A stretch of DNA of 64,000 nucleotides from Takakia lepidozioides (Eukaryota; Plantae; Bryophyta), in contig CM060731.1 in NCBI GenBank assembly GCA_030704615.1, forward strand, positions 93,744,001 through 93,808,000. The letters are read 5' to 3'. The translations under genes and the position numbers were made by a program. Of the stretch, positions 61,045-64,000 are shown piece after piece. The notes beneath the pieces were generated by a model that saw nothing but the letters and a program-made list of their open reading frames with translations, ran no database searches and had not been told where the DNA came from. The stretch's first letter is position 1; each line of letters opens with the position of its first letter.

Positions 61045-62290
61045 GGGGCTACTATTTCATGAGCAGCATGAGCATGAGCGGACCATTGTGTGTCCACGGA
61101 AATAGGGGTACGAGGCACGGAAATAGGGTCGTGTGAAGTTGGAATGTGGCACCACTGGACTTGTTGTAGCAATGAAATGCAACATTTTATTGCAAATTTT
61201 TTGGCAAGCCACATCTATACAAGTGTGTCTTAACTGTCATAGCCGGAATGGGCACTACTCTCCTACACCCTCCGAGGAACTTGCCCCACCTTCCTCCTCA
61301 TCCCCCTCATCCCCCTCATCCTCTAAGCTCTAAGATTTATCAGTTCCATTATGCCTCTCAAAAATACCGTCCTCTCCTTGGGGGACTGTCCACCTCACCT
61401 CTTGGGAATCTTCTGCCTCTTCTCCTCCACTTTCCTCAGCAGAATCCAAGACAAACGAACCTAACGAGCTCTAATAGCTGCCGCCTCCTCCTTCATCTTC
61501 ATTTTCTTGAGGCTTTCTTAGTCTTAAATATGTTGTACACGACTAGGTTTGGAAGACCTCCTAATGGACACCGTAGCAAGCTGGGCAGCATAAGAAGGAA
61601 GGATGTAGTCCCTTTATGGACTCCGCAAGAAATCTCCTCTGGCAAAAAATGGCACGTTCTTTTGCCAATGAACTACGGTGAAGTCGTCCCTCCTGCAGTA
61701 CTTGGCATCCTACTGTAAGAACAAATCCACTTCAAGAATGCCAATACCAGCAAAATGCAGTTCTAAAGGGTCTTTCAATGAAATAAGAGAGCGAACGGAG
61801 GTGCCTCACGAAATCAGGAGGCAACTTACAATGCAACCACTCGCATTGTGGGATTTGGTAAGTGCCTTGGCCTGCTGAGGACCCAGGGGAGCTAGTGGAG
61901 CTTGGTTTCGGCAAGCCTCTGCATCCACCTTCAACTGAAACTCTGAAGGGTTGAGCATGCCGGCCGAGAGGTCCAGATACCAAGGGCAATCGCGCAAATG
62001 CTCCAGGTGCCACTCCTTCACCATATCCGCAGTGTACATAGAGTCAGGGCCAGGACTTTGCCATGCCAAGAACAATGGAGGTTCTCTGGCAAGTGCACCT
62101 TTGTCTAGTAGGTCAAGTTCATGTACCTGCAGAAAAAAGAAAACAACAGTGAATGAGGTCGTTAGAATCCAAAACAGGCGGCAGGGCCCATTTTTTTTGT
62201 CTTCTGCTTGGCTCTCTCGGGTGTCTCTGTACTGTCCGGCTGTTCTCTGCCCTTCTCTTTAGCCCTCTCTTTGGCCTTCTCTCTTTGAGG
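61045..62290 (-). mobile_element. Diverged, internally deleted B-family derivative
   Basis: TIR GGGGCTACTATTTCATGAGC at 61045. Reverse complement of about 21420-22244, joined to about 19650-19940, joined to about 16610-16690. ParB and MTase domains are both absent. Confidence 0.88.
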
Positions 62291-62694
62291 TCGACCACAT
62301 TCCCTACCGCCGAAGATCTCCCTCTCATGCTGTTTGGCAGGTTGGGACAGGTTGACTCCCCCATATGATAGATTTTTCATCCGTGTCATTCTCTGAGGAT
62401 GACATCCATTTATGGATGAAAAAATTAAGTTTTAAGAGAACCAGCCAGATCCATGGAGGGAGGGAGAGAGAGGGAGAGAGATGGAACCCACCAACCATCC
62501 CCTGGTATGGCAGCTCCTTATGGAGTGAGTGTGGTATGCACTCACCCCGTAAGGGAGTGCATACCAGACCCCATCACATAAATGACCTCCCTCTTCTTTG
62601 TAGCTTTTACTTCTGGTTACAAAGGAACCATAGAAATAAACATGCCTACAATCTCAACTCTCCAAGGTCAACAAACAAAACAAGCCGTGACAAG

Positions 62695-63175
62695 CAAAGG
62701 TACATCAACACTTACATCAGAATGTAGAGTTTTACCTTTTAGCTACACATAAGCTCTGATAATGGAAAGATGAGGCCAATGAAGGGACCTTAACTCCGAA
62801 ATTCATGAAGCAACAAACAGGAAAGAAACTTTTATCAACCCTTTAGTGTTTACCTAGCCCATATTTTTGGGTACCACATGTGTACAAAACCAATGGGGGT
62901 AGGTTTAGGCAATGAATTTTTGTGCCATTGGCATGTTCCAAGTTGGCAAGTTGTGATACAAACGAAGGTACATCAACACATACATCAAAATGTAGAGTTT
63001 TACCTTTTAGTTTATACATAAGCTCTGGTGACCGGAAGAAGAGGCCAGTGAAAGAACCCTCAATTCCCAAGGTCATAAAGTAACAATCAGGAAAGAATCT
63101 TATATCAAACTTTTAGTGTTTACCCACCCCTTGTTTTGGGTAAAACACGTGTACAAAACCAAAGGGGGCAGGTAT
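62695..63175. repeat. Diverged tandem duplication, about 268-bp period
   Basis: GGTACATCAACAC.TACATCA.AATGTAGAGTTTTACCTTTTAG at about 62699 and 62967. Confidence 0.85.
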
Positions 63176-63595
63176 TGGGACTTAGGTAATGAAGTCTGGC
63201 AGGGATTTACCACCTGGTATTCAGACAACAGGGCACTAAAATGGGTGGGGGGTCATGGCCAGGGATTGGATGAGAGCTCTGTGCCCTGAACCTCCCATGC
63301 CGACTGTTGCAGCCTGGGCAACACCTCCCGAATCTGGACGTATTCCTATTTGTGCGTAAGAATAACAAAAGGAATGAGAAGAGTTCGTGTGTGCCCCTTG
63401 GCCCCCCTTTGGAGACCCGAAAACTGAATCTCAGAGGAGGGTGACTACCGCGGTGGGATGAAACTTTCATTGCGACGAGTTGGAGTTGTGGAGGAAACCA
63501 CCACTGGGGTGTCTTCCAGTTCTTCTTCACTCTGTCATCCCCAACATTCGGGCCCCCATCCAAACCACAGCCAAAGTCAGGAGAGTAGGGCGGAA

Positions 63596-64000
63596 TGTAG
63601 TTGTATCACACAACCCTGAAAGCACAAATGAAGAATCACAAGCAGAAGAATAACATGCAGAAGATGAGAATAAAATGAGAATAACATACTACATACCTTT
63701 TACACAGTGCTCTGGGTAGACCCGCAAACACCCCGTACCGTATGTGGAGGCAAACCGAGAAACCGAATGAAACGACGACAATGTCTGGAGTACGCAAAAG
63801 AGGAATTGCTAGGGGCTTACTTGAGAATGCTCGGCCTGAGTTGGCGAGGGCTGTGAGCAAGACAAGGGGATCTCCTACGCTAGACGAAGTTTGGCCATGC
63901 GAGATGGGGGTCTCCTCCCAAAGTATATAAAGGTCGCAGTTTTCGCTGCTTCTGAGAACTCTGGTTTCTCACAGCAGAGCCTCGCCCTTCTCGACGCGAC
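63596..64000 (+). mobile_element. Possible start of a 3' LTR of another retroelement
   Basis: Purine tract AGGAGAGTAGGGCGGAA followed by TGTAG, with TATATAAA at about 63925. No second LTR in the window. Confidence 0.4.

Noticed and set aside
1-64000. tRNA or rRNA genes
   Set aside because: None recognised; only a 12-nt tRNA-complementary PBS is present.

Overview
This window is eukaryotic, intron-containing, almost entirely transposon-derived DNA, most likely heterochromatin of a land plant (iMet-primed chromovirus, Athila/Tat-type gypsy element, AGO4-clade fragments). I see no intact host gene. The centrepiece is a complete 14.4-kb Mutator-like element (7858-22244) with short TIRs and a 9-bp TSD (CACCGCGAC), inserted in the LTR of a chromovirus. 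It encodes an apparently intact 1168-aa DDE/SWIM transposase. Divergently, it encodes a large spliced gene fusing a ParB/Srx-like domain (DGNHR) to a prokaryote-type beta-class amino-methyltransferase fold, with a conserved non-canonical motif IV (DIPDG). At least four diverged subfamilies of this cargo gene occur here (B, C, D, E), all damaged. B, C and D each lie next to their own palindrome, and a second transposase (A) has a fourth: B GGAAATTCGGCGCCGAATTTCC, D GGAAATGCGGCACCGCATTTCC, C AAATTGCGTGCGTTGACGCACGCAATTT, A AAACAGTGTGCGTTGCCGCACACTGTTT. In the A, B and D arrays the palindromes are spaced at near-integer helical turns (53, 63, 74, 84, 95, 117 bp). I infer a transposon-borne ParB/parS-like, VANC-like self-recognition and DNA-modification system. 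Novelty and activity cannot be verified without database searches and experiments. Also present: a CACTA-like end followed by AGO4-like exon fragments in an inverted repeat, tandem truncated LTRs, and a small unknown Cys/His gene family. Domain calls come from motif recognition by eye. Coordinates of degenerate features are approximate.
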